Positions 11,650 through 22,113 are shown, counted from the stretch's first letter. The stretch: 64,000 bases of DNA from Nitrospirota bacterium (GCA_963788195.1 CAWBGA010000013.1:96001-160000); one strand, 5' to 3'. The notes: a model not told the origin generated them from the sequence alone. Made by a program: numbers and translations.

Positions 11650-12591
11650 ATGACACAGAAGTCCGGAAACGTTGGTCCCAAGAAGTTACTGGTTGTCGGC
11701 TCGGTCGCGCTTGACAGCGTGAAGACCCCTTTCGGTGAGGTAAAAGAGGTGTTAGGCGGCTCCGCCGCCTTTTTTGCCACGGCCGCGAGTTTCTTTACAG
11801 AGGTCAGTGTGATTGCGGTAGTGGGTCAGGATTTCCCGGAGCTGCACCTGACGTTTCTTCGCGAGAAGGGCATCGATCTGACCGGGCTGGAACGTCAATC
11901 GGGGAAGACGTTTCGCTGGCGGGGGGAATACTCTTATCAACTCAATGAAGCCAAAACCCTGGAGACTCAACTCAACGTGTTCGAAACTTTTCGGCCGGAG
12001 GTGCCCGCCAGCCACCGATCACCAGGGATGCTGTTTCTGGCCAACATCGATCCGGAGTTGCAGCGAAGCGTCCTTGAGCAGGTGGAGCGGCCGAGACTCG
12101 TGGCGTGCGATACCATGAATTTCTGGATCGACGGGAAGCGCGATGCGCTGATGCGCCTCTTGAAAGACGTCGATGTGCTCGTGATCAACGACGGGGAGGC
12201 CCGGGCATTGGGTCAACACGCGAACCTGGTCGCCGTGGCCCGCAAGATTCTCGCGGCCGGCCCGAAGACGTTGATCATTAAGCGCGGGGAATATGGCGTC
12301 CTGATGTTTACCGGTGACCGTATCTTTGCCATGCCGGCCTTTCCGCTCGAGGAGGCAAAAGATCCGACCGGCGCCGGGGACTGTTTTGCGGGGGGATTCA
12401 TGGGTTACCTGGCGAATACCGGTAATATCAGTGAGGATGCTCTACGGCGCGCCGTCGTTTACGGGAGCGTCATGGCGTCGTTCGCAGTGGAGGCCTTCAG
12501 CCTGGACCGGCTACGGGTGTTGGACTACAAAGACATTGAGGGCCGCTTTGCGGTGTTCAAACAGATGACGGTCTTTGAGGAGCTAGGATGA
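11650..12591 (+). CDS. PfkB-family sugar/nucleoside kinase
   Basis: VVGSVALD, LGGSA and C-terminal DPTGAGDCFAGGFMG signature. Confidence 0.88.
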   Translation: MTQKSGNVGPKKLLVVGSVALDSVKTPFGEVKEVLGGSAAFFATAASFFTEVSVIAVVGQDFPELHLTFLREKGIDLTGLERQSGKTFRWRGEYSYQLNEAKTLETQLNVFETFRPEVPASHRSPGMLFLANIDPELQRSVLEQVERPRLVACDTMNFWIDGKRDALMRLLKDVDVLVINDGEARALGQHANLVAVARKILAAGPKTLIIKRGEYGVLMFTGDRIFAMPAFPLEEAKDPTGAGDCFAGGFMGYLANTGNISEDALRRAVVYGSVMASFAVEAFSLDRLRVLDYKDIEGRFAVFKQMTVFEELG

Positions 12592-13274
12592 GACGACAAG
12601 AGGCACAGATCACCCGGTTTCGCCATCGCTTCCTGATAGGTTCTCTCGCGGTCATTTTGCTCACAGGCTGCACGGCCTCGCAGGAGAGCCGAAAGCGCGT
12701 GAGTGAATCCGACGGGCATTACAAGGAAGGCGTCTCTTTTCTGCAGACGGATCAGCAGCGGGCGTTCGTTTCGCTTCACAAAGCCATCGAGCTGAATCCG
12801 GACAACTTCGAGGCGCACTACACACTGGGAAGCGTTTACTTTCAACGCAAAGAACTTCAGGAAGCGGAGCGGGAATTCCGCACGGCCACTGAGCTAAACC
12901 CCAAAAGCGGCGAAGCATTCAATTACCTGGGCCGCACGTTATTGCTGCAGGGCCGATGGAGTGAGGCGACCGAGGCGCTCAAAACGGCGACGATGCTCCC
13001 GCTCTACCCGACCCCGGATATCGCCTTCACGGATCTTGGCTGGGTGCTTGAGAAGCAAGGAGATCTGGACGGCGCTGTTGCAGCGTACGAGAGTGCTCTT
13101 AGAACCGACCCTCCAAACATTCCGCGCTCGTATATTCATCTCTGGATTGGGCGGTTGTACATGAAACAGGGGAATGTCCCGAAGGCTCGAGGCGCTCTAT
13201 CACAAGCAAAGTCTCTGGACCCCAACGGAGCTGTGGGAGCAGAGGCCAGCCGCCTTATGCAGCAGCTAAAGTGA
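12588..13274 (+). CDS. TPR lipoprotein, PilW/PilF-like
   Basis: Lipobox LTGC, tandem TPRs, PLYPTPDIAFTDLG; position upstream of rodZ matches pilW. Confidence 0.7.
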   Translation: MRRQEAQITRFRHRFLIGSLAVILLTGCTASQESRKRVSESDGHYKEGVSFLQTDQQRAFVSLHKAIELNPDNFEAHYTLGSVYFQRKELQEAEREFRTATELNPKSGEAFNYLGRTLLLQGRWSEATEALKTATMLPLYPTPDIAFTDLGWVLEKQGDLDGAVAAYESALRTDPPNIPRSYIHLWIGRLYMKQGNVPKARGALSQAKSLDPNGAVGAEASRLMQQLK

Positions 13275-13325
13275 TCGCGGTGGTTCGGAGCGAGACCTGC
13301 ATATCTAGCGATTAAAGGACGAATC

Positions 13326-14162
13326 GTGGCGGAATCATTAGGACAGTATTTTAGACGGGCCCGAGAGCACAAGGGGTGGACCTTGGAAGAAGCGGCCGTG
13401 AAGACCCGCATTCTGTCCCCCTTCCTTAAAGCCGTCGAAGAAGACAACTATGAGCAGCTTCCGGCGGAGGTGTTCGCCAAGGGTTTTGTCCGTTCTTATG
13501 GCCAATTGCTCGGGCTTCCCGACATGGAGGTCCTGGCGAAATTCGAGGAGTCCGGTGGCCAGTTCTACGCGAAACGGGACGAGCGCGAACAACTCAAGCT
13601 GCAGATCCGGGAAGAGGTACGGCGCAAGAAAACCAACAAGTTCATTGTGGCCGGAATCGTGGGCCTCGCGCTCATCGCCATCCTTATCGCGACAGGAATG
13701 AATCGTGAAGGTGCGCGTCATGTGCCGGCGTTGCCGACAGAACCTGCCGCGTCCCGCCAAAAGTCCGCTGACTCGGCGCTTCCCAGTCAGCCGACGCCGG
13801 CTCCTTTCGAATCGGCCGCGCAGTCCCAGAGCCCCGAGAGCGAGCCTTCGGTGCCTGTTCCGATCGAGGTCGAAGGGAACTTTTCATCGGGGCTCCCGCT
13901 GGAAGGGATTTTGCCGGTTGCCACTAAGCTTGTACTGGAAGTTGAAGCGGTGGAACGCGCGTGGGTTCTGGTACAGGCCGATCATGATCCCGCTCAAGAG
14001 GTGATGTTAGCACCAGGGGAACGCGTGCGTTGGAGCGCCGATCAGAGGCTCAAGCTGACATTGGGGAATGCGGGCGGCGTGCGAATTTCACTGAACGGCA
14101 AGCTTCAGGGACCCTACGGCGGCAGTGGGAAGGTCATCAAGGACCTCACCTTCACCCGGTGA
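13326..14162 (+). CDS. rodZ: RodZ cytoskeleton protein
   Basis: N-terminal HTH (VFAKGFVRSY), one TM, C-terminal DUF4115 (LTLGNAGGVRISLNGK). Confidence 0.85.
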   Translation: MAESLGQYFRRAREHKGWTLEEAAVKTRILSPFLKAVEEDNYEQLPAEVFAKGFVRSYGQLLGLPDMEVLAKFEESGGQFYAKRDEREQLKLQIREEVRRKKTNKFIVAGIVGLALIAILIATGMNREGARHVPALPTEPAASRQKSADSALPSQPTPAPFESAAQSQSPESEPSVPVPIEVEGNFSSGLPLEGILPVATKLVLEVEAVERAWVLVQADHDPAQEVMLAPGERVRWSADQRLKLTLGNAGGVRISLNGKLQGPYGGSGKVIKDLTFTR

Positions 14163-14578
14163 TGATTGAGAGAGCAACGCTCGTGGCAAGAGCGCGGGAG
14201 GCGATGGCCATGGCATTCGCTCCCTCGTCAAAGTTCCAGGTCGGCGCGGCTCTGCTCTGCAAAGATGGATCAGTCTTTACGGGTTGCAATATCGAAAGTC
14301 CCACCTATCTCGGCATCTGCGCCGAGCGGGTTGCCCTGTTCAAGGCGGTTTCCGAGGGGCAGCGCGACTTTGAGAAGATCGCCATCGTGTGCGGCACCAA
14401 CGGCGCCTGTTCGCCCTGCGGGGCGTGTCGCCAACTCCTCTGGGAGTTCGGACCGAATCTGGAAATTATCCTGGACGACGGCAGCGGCGAGCTCGTGCTT
14501 CGCCGCATTACCGACTACTTCCCTGAGCCCTTCGATCGCAACAAACTCGATCCGACGAGAAGGCCCCCCTTGGTGTAG
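14162..14578 (+). CDS. cdd: Cytidine deaminase (homotetrameric type)
   Basis: FQVGAALL, GCNIE, CAERVA and SPCGACRQ zinc motifs; ATG overlaps the rodZ stop. Confidence 0.9.
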   Translation: MIERATLVARAREAMAMAFAPSSKFQVGAALLCKDGSVFTGCNIESPTYLGICAERVALFKAVSEGQRDFEKIAIVCGTNGACSPCGACRQLLWEFGPNLEIILDDGSGELVLRRITDYFPEPFDRNKLDPTRRPPLV

Positions 14579-14701
14579 CCGCTAACTCTATAGTAATGTT
14601 CCTGTGTTTTCTTCAATGTCTTCTCTACCCCTCTGCACCCAGCCGCCAGCTCTCCGTAGGCCTAATATCAGCGTGGAATGGCGGTTATGTTCTTGGTTTG
14701 C

Positions 14702-14730
14702 TTGACCTGTTGACGGTCAACACGTAGAAT
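14702..14730 (+). promoter_or_regulatory. Sigma70 promoter with a palindromic operator in its spacer, upstream of the RND operon
   Basis: TTGACC(14702)-17 bp-TAGAAT(14725-14730); the spacer contains TGTTGAC-G-GTCAACA (14708-14722). Confidence 0.65.
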
Positions 14731-14738
14731 TTTCGCGA

Positions 14739-17700
14739 ATGGTTCGCGCCTCACTTAAGAATCCTTACGCAGTCGTCGCCATCTGTCTGATTGTTGTGCT
14801 CCTCGGCATCGTCTCATATCAAAAGATGGTCGTGGACATCTTTCCGGAGATCAACACACCCGTCGTCGCGGTCGCCACTTTTTATAAAGGGATGGGACCA
14901 TCCGAAATCGAAGGCGCTATTACACTGAGGCTCGAGCAACTCTATCTGCAAGCTTCGTATGTCGAGCACATTGAATCCCGCTCGCTGCCCGGCATCAGCC
15001 TCATCAAGATCTACTTCCATCCGGATTATGACGTCAATGCCGGGGTTGCGGAGGTCACGAGCCTGACCTATTCTGCGCTGCGATTTCTCCCGAAAGGCAT
15101 GTTCCCGCCAACGATCATCAAGTTCGGCGCCTCGAGCCTGCCTATCGCCCAATTGACCGTCAGCAGCCCGACGCTGAGCGAAAAAGAGGTCCGCGATATC
15201 GCGTACTTTACGGTTCGTCCGCAGCTTGCGACTGTCGCGGGAGCCGCCCCACTCCCTCCGGTCGGCGGCACCATCCGCCAAATCACGGTTTTTCTGGACC
15301 GGGAAAAGATGATGGCGCGGGGCGTATCAGCAGCGGACGTGGTGAAAGCGGTGAATGCTGAGAACGTGCTGATTCCAGCGGGGAATGTGAAGATCGGTGA
15401 CTTCGACTATAACGTCTTCAGCAACAGCATGGTGCCGCTCGTCGCTGGTCTTAATGACATCCCTATTAAACTGGTGAACGGCGTCCCGATGTTCCTTCGC
15501 GATGTGGGCACGGCGGCGGATTCATACTCAGTGCAAACGAATGCCGTTCGGGTGAACGGCCATCGGGCGGTCTATATCCCGATTCTCAAGCAGGCGGGCG
15601 CCAACACAATCGCGGTCATCGATGGCATCAAAGCAGCCGTGCAGGGGTTGGCGGGGTTACCGCAGGATGCAGAGGTCAAGCTGATCTTCGACCAGTCGTT
15701 GTACATTCGCAACGCAATCGCCACGTTGGAGCATGAGGGGCTTCTCGGGGCGGGCCTTGCCTGCCTCATGATTCTATTGTTTCTAGGGAGCCTTCGCTCG
15801 ATGTTGATCATCGGGCTGGCGATCCCGCTCTCGATTGCGACCGCGTTCGTGCTGCTCTATTTCACCGGTCACAGCATCAATATTATGACGCTCAGCGGAT
15901 TGGCGCTTGCCGTCGGCACGCTCGTGGACAACTCCATTGTGGTGCTGGAGAATATCCACCGGCATATGGAGATGGGAAAATCGCCGTTACAAGCAGCAGC
16001 CGACGGCGCCTCAGAAGTCGCTCTGCCCATGCTGGTCATTACGATCAGCATCTTGATTGTGTATCTGCCGATTATGTTTTTCACCGGAATCATTAAATTC
16101 CTGTTTGTGCCGCTGTCACTCGCCCTCGCCTATGCTATGGGAGCCTCGTACATTGCGTCGCTTTCTGTGGTGCCGGTTAGTATTGTGGCGTTCGAAAAGC
16201 CGGTTCGGCATGATAGAGGAGAAGCCTCCCCGCAACGGCTCACCGGATTCAAACTCTGGCTGGCGGGTTGGAGAGGCTTGAATCTTTTTGAGCGGGTGGT
16301 CGAGCGGTATGTACAGGTTTTGCGCTGGACGTTGGGCCACAAGGGCCTGGTTGTCATGGGGGTCGCGATCGTGCTCGTCGGATCTCTCGCCATGGCGCCT
16401 TTGCTTAGCACCGAGTTCTTTCCGAAGGTGGACGCCGGGCAGTTTGTCCTGGCCGTGTCCGCCCCGGAGGGTACACGGTTGGAGAAGACCGAGGCCATGA
16501 TCGGGAAGATCGAAGAACTGATCAGGCGGCGTATCCCACCTGGTGAGCTTGACCAGATTCTTGCCGATATCGGCATCCGTCGCGGATGGATCGCGCTCTA
16601 TTCACCCAATCCAGGGCCGCATGCGTCGGTCATTCTTGTCAGTTTGACGCGGGGACACCGCGTGAGCAGCTGGGAGTATATCGATCGCATCCGCGAAGAC
16701 CTGCAGAAGGAATTTTCCGGGATCAAGTTTGCGTTTCAGACGGGGGGAATCGTAAGTGACGTATTGAACTTTGGTCTCCCCGCGCCTATCGACATCAAGA
16801 TCAGCGGGGCGAAATTGGCGGAACTGCATGAGACTGCGGACAAAGTCCGCGATTTGGTCGCGTCGGTGTCGGGCACCATCGATGTCCGTGTGCACCAGGG
16901 GATGGACAGTCCCGAGCTGCATCTCAACGTAGATCGAACCAAGGCTGCGTACCTAGGAATGACCCAGCAACAGGTCATGATGGATGTGACCACCAGTCTC
17001 ACGTCAAATCTCAGCGGTGATCCAGGCTACTGGATCGATCCGAAGTCCAACAACGCCTATTTCGTTGTGGCCCAATACCCCGAGCAGGATCTGGTGCGCT
17101 TTGAAGATTTTATGGATATGCCGTTGATCGGAGCCAGGATCCAAGACCCGGGGAGCGTGGGGATTGGGGGAAATCAGTTGCGTGGCGCGGCATTGGGCCT
17201 TCAAAACACCCCCTACGCGGGCTCGGCACTATTGCCCGCCGGCGGAAATTTCGGCGCCGATGGCGTGAGCCGTGGGCCTGCGATCCTCCTAAAGGATCTG
17301 GTGGAAGTAGTGAGAAAGACCGGTCCCGAAGAGATCGCTCACTATAATCTCCAGCCGACCATGGATGTGCTTGCGAGCGTACCGGGTAATGATTTGGGAC
17401 GCGTGGCTCGGGGAATTAGTGAGCGAATAAAAGGACTAGACTTGCCGAAAGGGGTCACAGTCGTAGTCCACGGCGAAGCGAATAGCATGCGGAATGCCAT
17501 TACAAGCTTTGCGCTGACGCTTCCAATTGCGACCCTACTCGTGTATCTTGTCATGGTAGGATTATTCCGCTCCTTTTTGGACCCCTTTCTCATTCTGTCC
17601 GCGGTCCCGCTGGGCTTTATCGGCGTGATCTGGATGCTGTTTCTCACGAAGACGTCGGTGAACGTCGAGTCCATGATCGGAACCCTCATGATGATCGGCA

Positions 17701-18008
17701 TCGTGGTCTCTAATAGTGTGCTACTGGTGGACTTTGCCAACCGCCTTCGCGGGGAAGGCCTCTCCGCGGAAGAAGCGGTGCTGCAGGCAGGCCGGATCCG
17801 CATGCGCCCGATCATTATGACCGCTTTGGCTGCCTCCCTAGGACTCCTGCCCATGGCGTTGGGGTTCGGAGAGGGCGCTGAAGCGAACATCCCCTTGGCA
17901 CGTGCGGTCATCGGCGGACTGATGGTGTCAACCGTCATGACCCTGGTCGTGGTGCCGATTCTGTATACCCTCTTCAGCAAACGTCGTCCGGTTGATGCAG
18001 CCGCCTGA
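14739..18008 (+). CDS. RND efflux permease (AcrB/AcrD/AcrF family)
   Basis: 1089 aa; VDIFPEI, LALAVGTLVDNSIVVLENIHRH, RMRPIIMTALAA, PLARAVIGGL. Confidence 0.95.
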   Translation: MVRASLKNPYAVVAICLIVVLLGIVSYQKMVVDIFPEINTPVVAVATFYKGMGPSEIEGAITLRLEQLYLQASYVEHIESRSLPGISLIKIYFHPDYDVNAGVAEVTSLTYSALRFLPKGMFPPTIIKFGASSLPIAQLTVSSPTLSEKEVRDIAYFTVRPQLATVAGAAPLPPVGGTIRQITVFLDREKMMARGVSAADVVKAVNAENVLIPAGNVKIGDFDYNVFSNSMVPLVAGLNDIPIKLVNGVPMFLRDVGTAADSYSVQTNAVRVNGHRAVYIPILKQAGANTIAVIDGIKAAVQGLAGLPQDAEVKLIFDQSLYIRNAIATLEHEGLLGAGLACLMILLFLGSLRSMLIIGLAIPLSIATAFVLLYFTGHSINIMTLSGLALAVGTLVDNSIVVLENIHRHMEMGKSPLQAAADGASEVALPMLVITISILIVYLPIMFFTGIIKFLFVPLSLALAYAMGASYIASLSVVPVSIVAFEKPVRHDRGEASPQRLTGFKLWLAGWRGLNLFERVVERYVQVLRWTLGHKGLVVMGVAIVLVGSLAMAPLLSTEFFPKVDAGQFVLAVSAPEGTRLEKTEAMIGKIEELIRRRIPPGELDQILADIGIRRGWIALYSPNPGPHASVILVSLTRGHRVSSWEYIDRIREDLQKEFSGIKFAFQTGGIVSDVLNFGLPAPIDIKISGAKLAELHETADKVRDLVASVSGTIDVRVHQGMDSPELHLNVDRTKAAYLGMTQQQVMMDVTTSLTSNLSGDPGYWIDPKSNNAYFVVAQYPEQDLVRFEDFMDMPLIGARIQDPGSVGIGGNQLRGAALGLQNTPYAGSALLPAGGNFGADGVSRGPAILLKDLVEVVRKTGPEEIAHYNLQPTMDVLASVPGNDLGRVARGISERIKGLDLPKGVTVVVHGEANSMRNAITSFALTLPIATLLVYLVMVGLFRSFLDPFLILSAVPLGFIGVIWMLFLTKTSVNVESMIGTLMMIGIVVSNSVLLVDFANRLRGEGLSAEEAVLQAGRIRMRPIIMTALAASLGLLPMALGFGEGAEANIPLARAVIGGLMVSTVMTLVVVPILYTLFSKRRPVDAAA

Positions 18009-18035
18009 GCCCATGAGAGGAGGGGTCTGCCTACA

Positions 18036-19223
18036 ATGAAAATGGGGAGCGATGGTTCACCAAGGCGGCCGCGCAAGGTCGTCGTCGCCGTGGCATTGGC
18101 GGCCCTGACGCTCGGCGCCGTATATGTCTTGACCATCGTCACAAGGGCTCCGTACGCGGTCACTGCAACCGACGGGACGTCATCGACAGGGGATGAACCA
18201 AGACCGTCCGGTCAGCCGAACGCCGTAGGAGTGCAAGTGCTTAAGCCGGAACGACGGGACCTCATTTATTCAGTGCGGCTCCCCGCCACTCTGTCCCCGA
18301 TCGCTCAAGTCACCATCTATGCAAAGGTGTCGGGCTATCTCAAGAGCATCTATGTCGATAAAGGCGACACGGTTCGCGTTGGACAACTCCTGGCGGTCAT
18401 CGATGACCCCGAGCTGGGGCAAAAATTCCAACAGGCGAAGTCGGACTATGCACTTAAGAAACTCACGTATGATCGGCTGGCCAACGTGCGAAAAGAGAAC
18501 AAGGACGTGATCGCCCAACAGGATGTGGATGTCTCGGAAGGCGCCTACCTGCGCGCGAAACATGCATTGGAGGAATTGCAGAGCACCCTTGCGTACACCA
18601 ACGTCCGCGCGCCCTTCGGTGGCGTCATCACCGCCCGTTTTGCAGATGCCGGCGCCCTTGTTCAGGCCGCCACGAGTTCCGCGACTCAGGCGTTACCACT
18701 GTTTACTCTCATGAATATGAGCACGATCCGAGTCTATGCCAATGTGTCGCAAAATGACGCGGCGCTTGTGAAGCCGGGGATTCTTAGCTTCGTCTCTATT
18801 GCGCAGTTGCCCGGCCGGAGATTCGAAGGGACAGTGACTCGCACCACGGGAGCTTTGGATCCGACCACTCGAACCATGCTTGTTGAGATGCATCTGCCGA
18901 ACAAAGATGGGATGCTTCAGCCGGGAATGTTCGCAGAGGCGGTGTTGCAATTGAAGCGCCATCCGAATGCGTTGGCGCTCCCGCCGGCCGCTTTAGTGCT
19001 CGATAGCATGGGAACATCGGTGTTTGTCGTGGAAGGCGACAAGGTGAAAAAGGTCCCGATCAGGACTGGGATCGACGATGGAGTATGGGTAGAGGTCACT
19101 GAGGGTCTCACAGGGGGCGAAAATGTTGTCGTTGTCGGAAAATCACGATTGACCGACGGCACAGCTGTCGCCGCATCCCCGTACAACATCCCACCTGGAA
19201 AGTCCGCAAGCCAACAATTCTGA
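18036..19223 (+). CDS. RND periplasmic adaptor (MFP)
   Basis: N-terminal TM, VDKGDTVRVGQLLAVID, VRAPFGGVIT, LDPTTRTM, LQPGMFAE. Confidence 0.92.
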   Translation: MKMGSDGSPRRPRKVVVAVALAALTLGAVYVLTIVTRAPYAVTATDGTSSTGDEPRPSGQPNAVGVQVLKPERRDLIYSVRLPATLSPIAQVTIYAKVSGYLKSIYVDKGDTVRVGQLLAVIDDPELGQKFQQAKSDYALKKLTYDRLANVRKENKDVIAQQDVDVSEGAYLRAKHALEELQSTLAYTNVRAPFGGVITARFADAGALVQAATSSATQALPLFTLMNMSTIRVYANVSQNDAALVKPGILSFVSIAQLPGRRFEGTVTRTTGALDPTTRTMLVEMHLPNKDGMLQPGMFAEAVLQLKRHPNALALPPAALVLDSMGTSVFVVEGDKVKKVPIRTGIDDGVWVEVTEGLTGGENVVVVGKSRLTDGTAVAASPYNIPPGKSASQQF

Positions 19224-19266
19224 AGCCTTCAACACTCATGTTGGTTGCGACGGCAGGAACTTCGTC

Positions 19267-20103
19267 TTGAAGATCCTGTTGGCCGTAGATAAGAGCCGGC
19301 AGGCGAAAGAGGCGGCGCGATCTGTTCGAGACTGTTTTCCAGGTTCGGAGATCGAACTCGTGCACGTGCTCGATATCGAAGCGGCTCCCCATTCTCATCT
19401 TTCCGCCGCGCTGATTGACGATGAGCACCGGAAAATCCGCTCGCGTCTGTGGGGTGACGCGAACCGATTCCTGCCGAAGTTCGTCACTCTCTTCGCTCGC
19501 ATGTCCCGAAAGGTGCGGGTCTTGGTTGGAGAGGGCCACGCCAGCGACCTCATTCTTCAAATGGCCTCCGCGTCCCCGCCGGATCTCATCGTTCTCGGCT
19601 CGCGCGGCCTGAGCAAAATGCAAGCCTTAGTGCTAGGGGCTGTCAGCTACCGGGTAGCCCAAGAAGCATCGTGTCCGGTGCTGCTCATCAAGCATGCCTT
19701 GCCGCCCGTTCCGAAAATCCTGCTTGCTGTCGACGGCTCCAAAGGAGCGGAGCGGGCGCTAGGGTATCTCGCCGTTTCGTCGCTATTTCCGTCTTCTCAC
19801 GTGGTCGTTCTGGCAGTCGGCCCGCCTAGCTCAGAGCTTCAGGAGTATATGAGCGGGGTCGTATCGGCTCTCGCCTCACGCCGCTCCGCCGTCGATGCCC
19901 GCATGTTGCAAGGTGATCCGGCTGCGATGATTCTGGAGTGCGCGCGCGATGAGGGCATCGATCTCATTATCACAGGTTCACGCAATCGGCGAGGCTGGCT
20001 ACAGACATGGATATTGAGCATTTCACGAAAGATTATCCTACAAGCGCCGATTTCGGTGCTCATCGTGCACGGTCCGGATGCTAAGGAGGAAGACGCCGAA
20101 TGA
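19267..20103 (+). CDS. Tandem two-domain universal stress protein
   Basis: KILLAVD twice; DLIVLGSRGLS...LGAVSYRV...CPVLLIK and DLIITGSR...ISVLIVH. Confidence 0.88.
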   Translation: MKILLAVDKSRQAKEAARSVRDCFPGSEIELVHVLDIEAAPHSHLSAALIDDEHRKIRSRLWGDANRFLPKFVTLFARMSRKVRVLVGEGHASDLILQMASASPPDLIVLGSRGLSKMQALVLGAVSYRVAQEASCPVLLIKHALPPVPKILLAVDGSKGAERALGYLAVSSLFPSSHVVVLAVGPPSSELQEYMSGVVSALASRRSAVDARMLQGDPAAMILECARDEGIDLIITGSRNRRGWLQTWILSISRKIILQAPISVLIVHGPDAKEEDAE

Positions 20104-21422
20104 GACATATTGTGACGGCCATGCTATTGACGACTGCATTCTTGCCGTGGAATCAAATTGTTTTCGGGCAGCCGGCGAATAGCGGTGCTCAATCGACACG
20201 CCTCACCCTTGGGGAGGCGATCCGTACCGCGCTTGAAAACCACCCGTTGCTCCACTCCTCTGAGTTTGCCGTGCAGTCTGCAGAGGCGCGAGTGAAGCAA
20301 GCGCAATCGACGTATTACCCTCAGGTCGGGGGGGCGGGGATACAAACCAATGGCTCACTCCGTAGCAATGCCTTCCTGAGGCCTTCGGGATCATTGATCC
20401 AACCCAATCAAAGCGATATGACGGTGGGCGTGACCGCGAGTCAACTGCTTTATGACTTCGGGCAGACGAAGTATCGAGTCGAATCGCAACGAGCCGATAG
20501 TGCAAGGATAGTGAAGGAAGCCGTTGCTCGCCGCGCCGATGTGGTCCTCGGCGTTGAGCGAAGTTATCTCTCGGTCCTGAAACGCAAGCGGTTGGTTCAG
20601 ATCGCGGACCAGACGGTGCGTGAGCGTGAAACGATCAAGCAGCAAGTCGACACGTTGTATCGAAATGAAATCAAATCCAAGCTGGATCTCGGTCTGGTGC
20701 AGGTGCAATTGTCGGATGCCGAGTTTGCAGTGATCCAGGCGCGCAATGATTTGAGCTCGGCATACGCCGGGTTAAACCATGCCATGGGTATCGAAGGTGT
20801 CCCGTCATATGAATTGGAGGATGTTTCCGTCGAGGTGACACGGCCGGACCTCCTCGACTCACTGTTGTCCGAAGCGCAGGCTCGGCGCCCCGAGTTGCTT
20901 GCCCTGAAAGAGCGTGTGCGGACCGCGGAAAATCGCATCAAAGCGGCGAGCAGTCAACACTATCCCGTTCTTCAAGCCGTCGGAAGTGCAGGAAATACCG
21001 AGCACATCTCTGAGCGGCCGCATCTTCAAGAGGGCGGCTGGTGGGGCGCAGGAGCAATCGTATCAGTCCCGTTCTTTACCGGCTTTCTGATTCAAAACCA
21101 GGTCGCCGAGGCCACCACGCAGAAACGGGAGGCCGAGAGCATCTATCTGGCGCTCCTTCAAGATATCCAGTTACAAGTTAAGGAGAACTTCCTCGCCGTT
21201 GTCACCTTGCTTCAGCAGGTCAAAGTGGCGCAACAGCAAGTGACGATTGGCCGCGAAGCGCTGGGGCTCGCCCGCCAGCGTTACAAGCTGGGCTTAAGCT
21301 CGATTGTCGAGGTGACGCAAAGCGAGGTTGCCGTAACGGCGGCGGAGACTCGTCTTGCCGAGACCCAGTACAACGCGAAAATAGCCGAGGCGCAGCTACG
21401 GTATGCGGTAGGAGGCATATGA
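20100..21422 (+). CDS. TolC-family outer membrane efflux protein
   Basis: Signal peptide, LTLGEAIRTALENHP, QLLYDFGQT, RRPELLA, RYKLGLSSIVEV. Confidence 0.9.
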   Translation: MRHIVTAMLLTTAFLPWNQIVFGQPANSGAQSTRLTLGEAIRTALENHPLLHSSEFAVQSAEARVKQAQSTYYPQVGGAGIQTNGSLRSNAFLRPSGSLIQPNQSDMTVGVTASQLLYDFGQTKYRVESQRADSARIVKEAVARRADVVLGVERSYLSVLKRKRLVQIADQTVRERETIKQQVDTLYRNEIKSKLDLGLVQVQLSDAEFAVIQARNDLSSAYAGLNHAMGIEGVPSYELEDVSVEVTRPDLLDSLLSEAQARRPELLALKERVRTAENRIKAASSQHYPVLQAVGSAGNTEHISERPHLQEGGWWGAGAIVSVPFFTGFLIQNQVAEATTQKREAESIYLALLQDIQLQVKENFLAVVTLLQQVKVAQQQVTIGREALGLARQRYKLGLSSIVEVTQSEVAVTAAETRLAETQYNAKIAEAQLRYAVGGI

Positions 21423-21477
21423 GAGATGCCAATCCAGCACGACCCAGCTCTATGAGCCATGGGACTATTCGAGAAAG

Positions 21478-21834
21478 TTGTTGCGTCTGAATCTTCCGGC
21501 GCATCAGGCCAACGAGCGAACGTTTTTAGCATGGCTGCGCACGAGTGTAGCGATTATTGCGTTCGGCTTTGTCCTTGAGCGGTTTTCGCTTTTTGTGAAA
21601 TATCTGGCTCCGGCAGCCGGAGTAAACGTCTCAAACCCTCGGACCGGTCTGGTTGGCGCCGTCTTGATGTGGCTTGGCACCGTACTTATCCCGGTGTCTC
21701 TCTGGCGGTTTCTGCTCGAACAAAGGCATATTGACACACCGGCTGACACGATTCCGGCGAACTGGCCCGTAATCGCCCTCGCGATCATTCTTGCGACGGT
21801 CGGACTGTATTTGGCGCTGGTCGCCGTTTTTTAG
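21478..21834 (+). CDS. DUF202/YidH small membrane protein (start uncertain)
   Basis: ANERTFLAWLRTSVAIIAFGFVLERF signature, three hydrophobic segments. Confidence 0.85.
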   Translation: MLRLNLPAHQANERTFLAWLRTSVAIIAFGFVLERFSLFVKYLAPAAGVNVSNPRTGLVGAVLMWLGTVLIPVSLWRFLLEQRHIDTPADTIPANWPVIALAIILATVGLYLALVAVF

Positions 21835-22113
21835 TTTCTTCCGCAGAGAATTTACTGACCGATTCTAAGTTCTATCAGGCTGAAGTAGCCCTCAGGGTCA
21901 GACTTGAGCAGTGCTACGAGCAAAGGGCGGGGTTTCCCTGTACGAGCCCTAGCGGACACCACCGCCTTGCCCTTTCCCTGTACCGGCTTGTTCTTGAGCC
22001 GGTTCAGCTCTAGCTTCCTTGAAGCAATTGCTGCTTTCTGGCGCTCGCTTCTTTGTGAGCCTGTTAACCCACACACGGACTAGAGCGGACGCCCGGTCCT
22101 GTGAACCCCTGCC

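Noticed and set aside
17342..18163. Long antisense ORFs (also 2219-2986, 4033-4911, 42687-43493, 44737-45444)
   Set aside because: Shadow frames of well-supported genes in GC-rich DNA, with no recognisable motifs.
21852..22076. 74-aa basic ORF on the minus strand
   Set aside because: No clear SD or recognisable family, so it cannot be supported from sequence alone.
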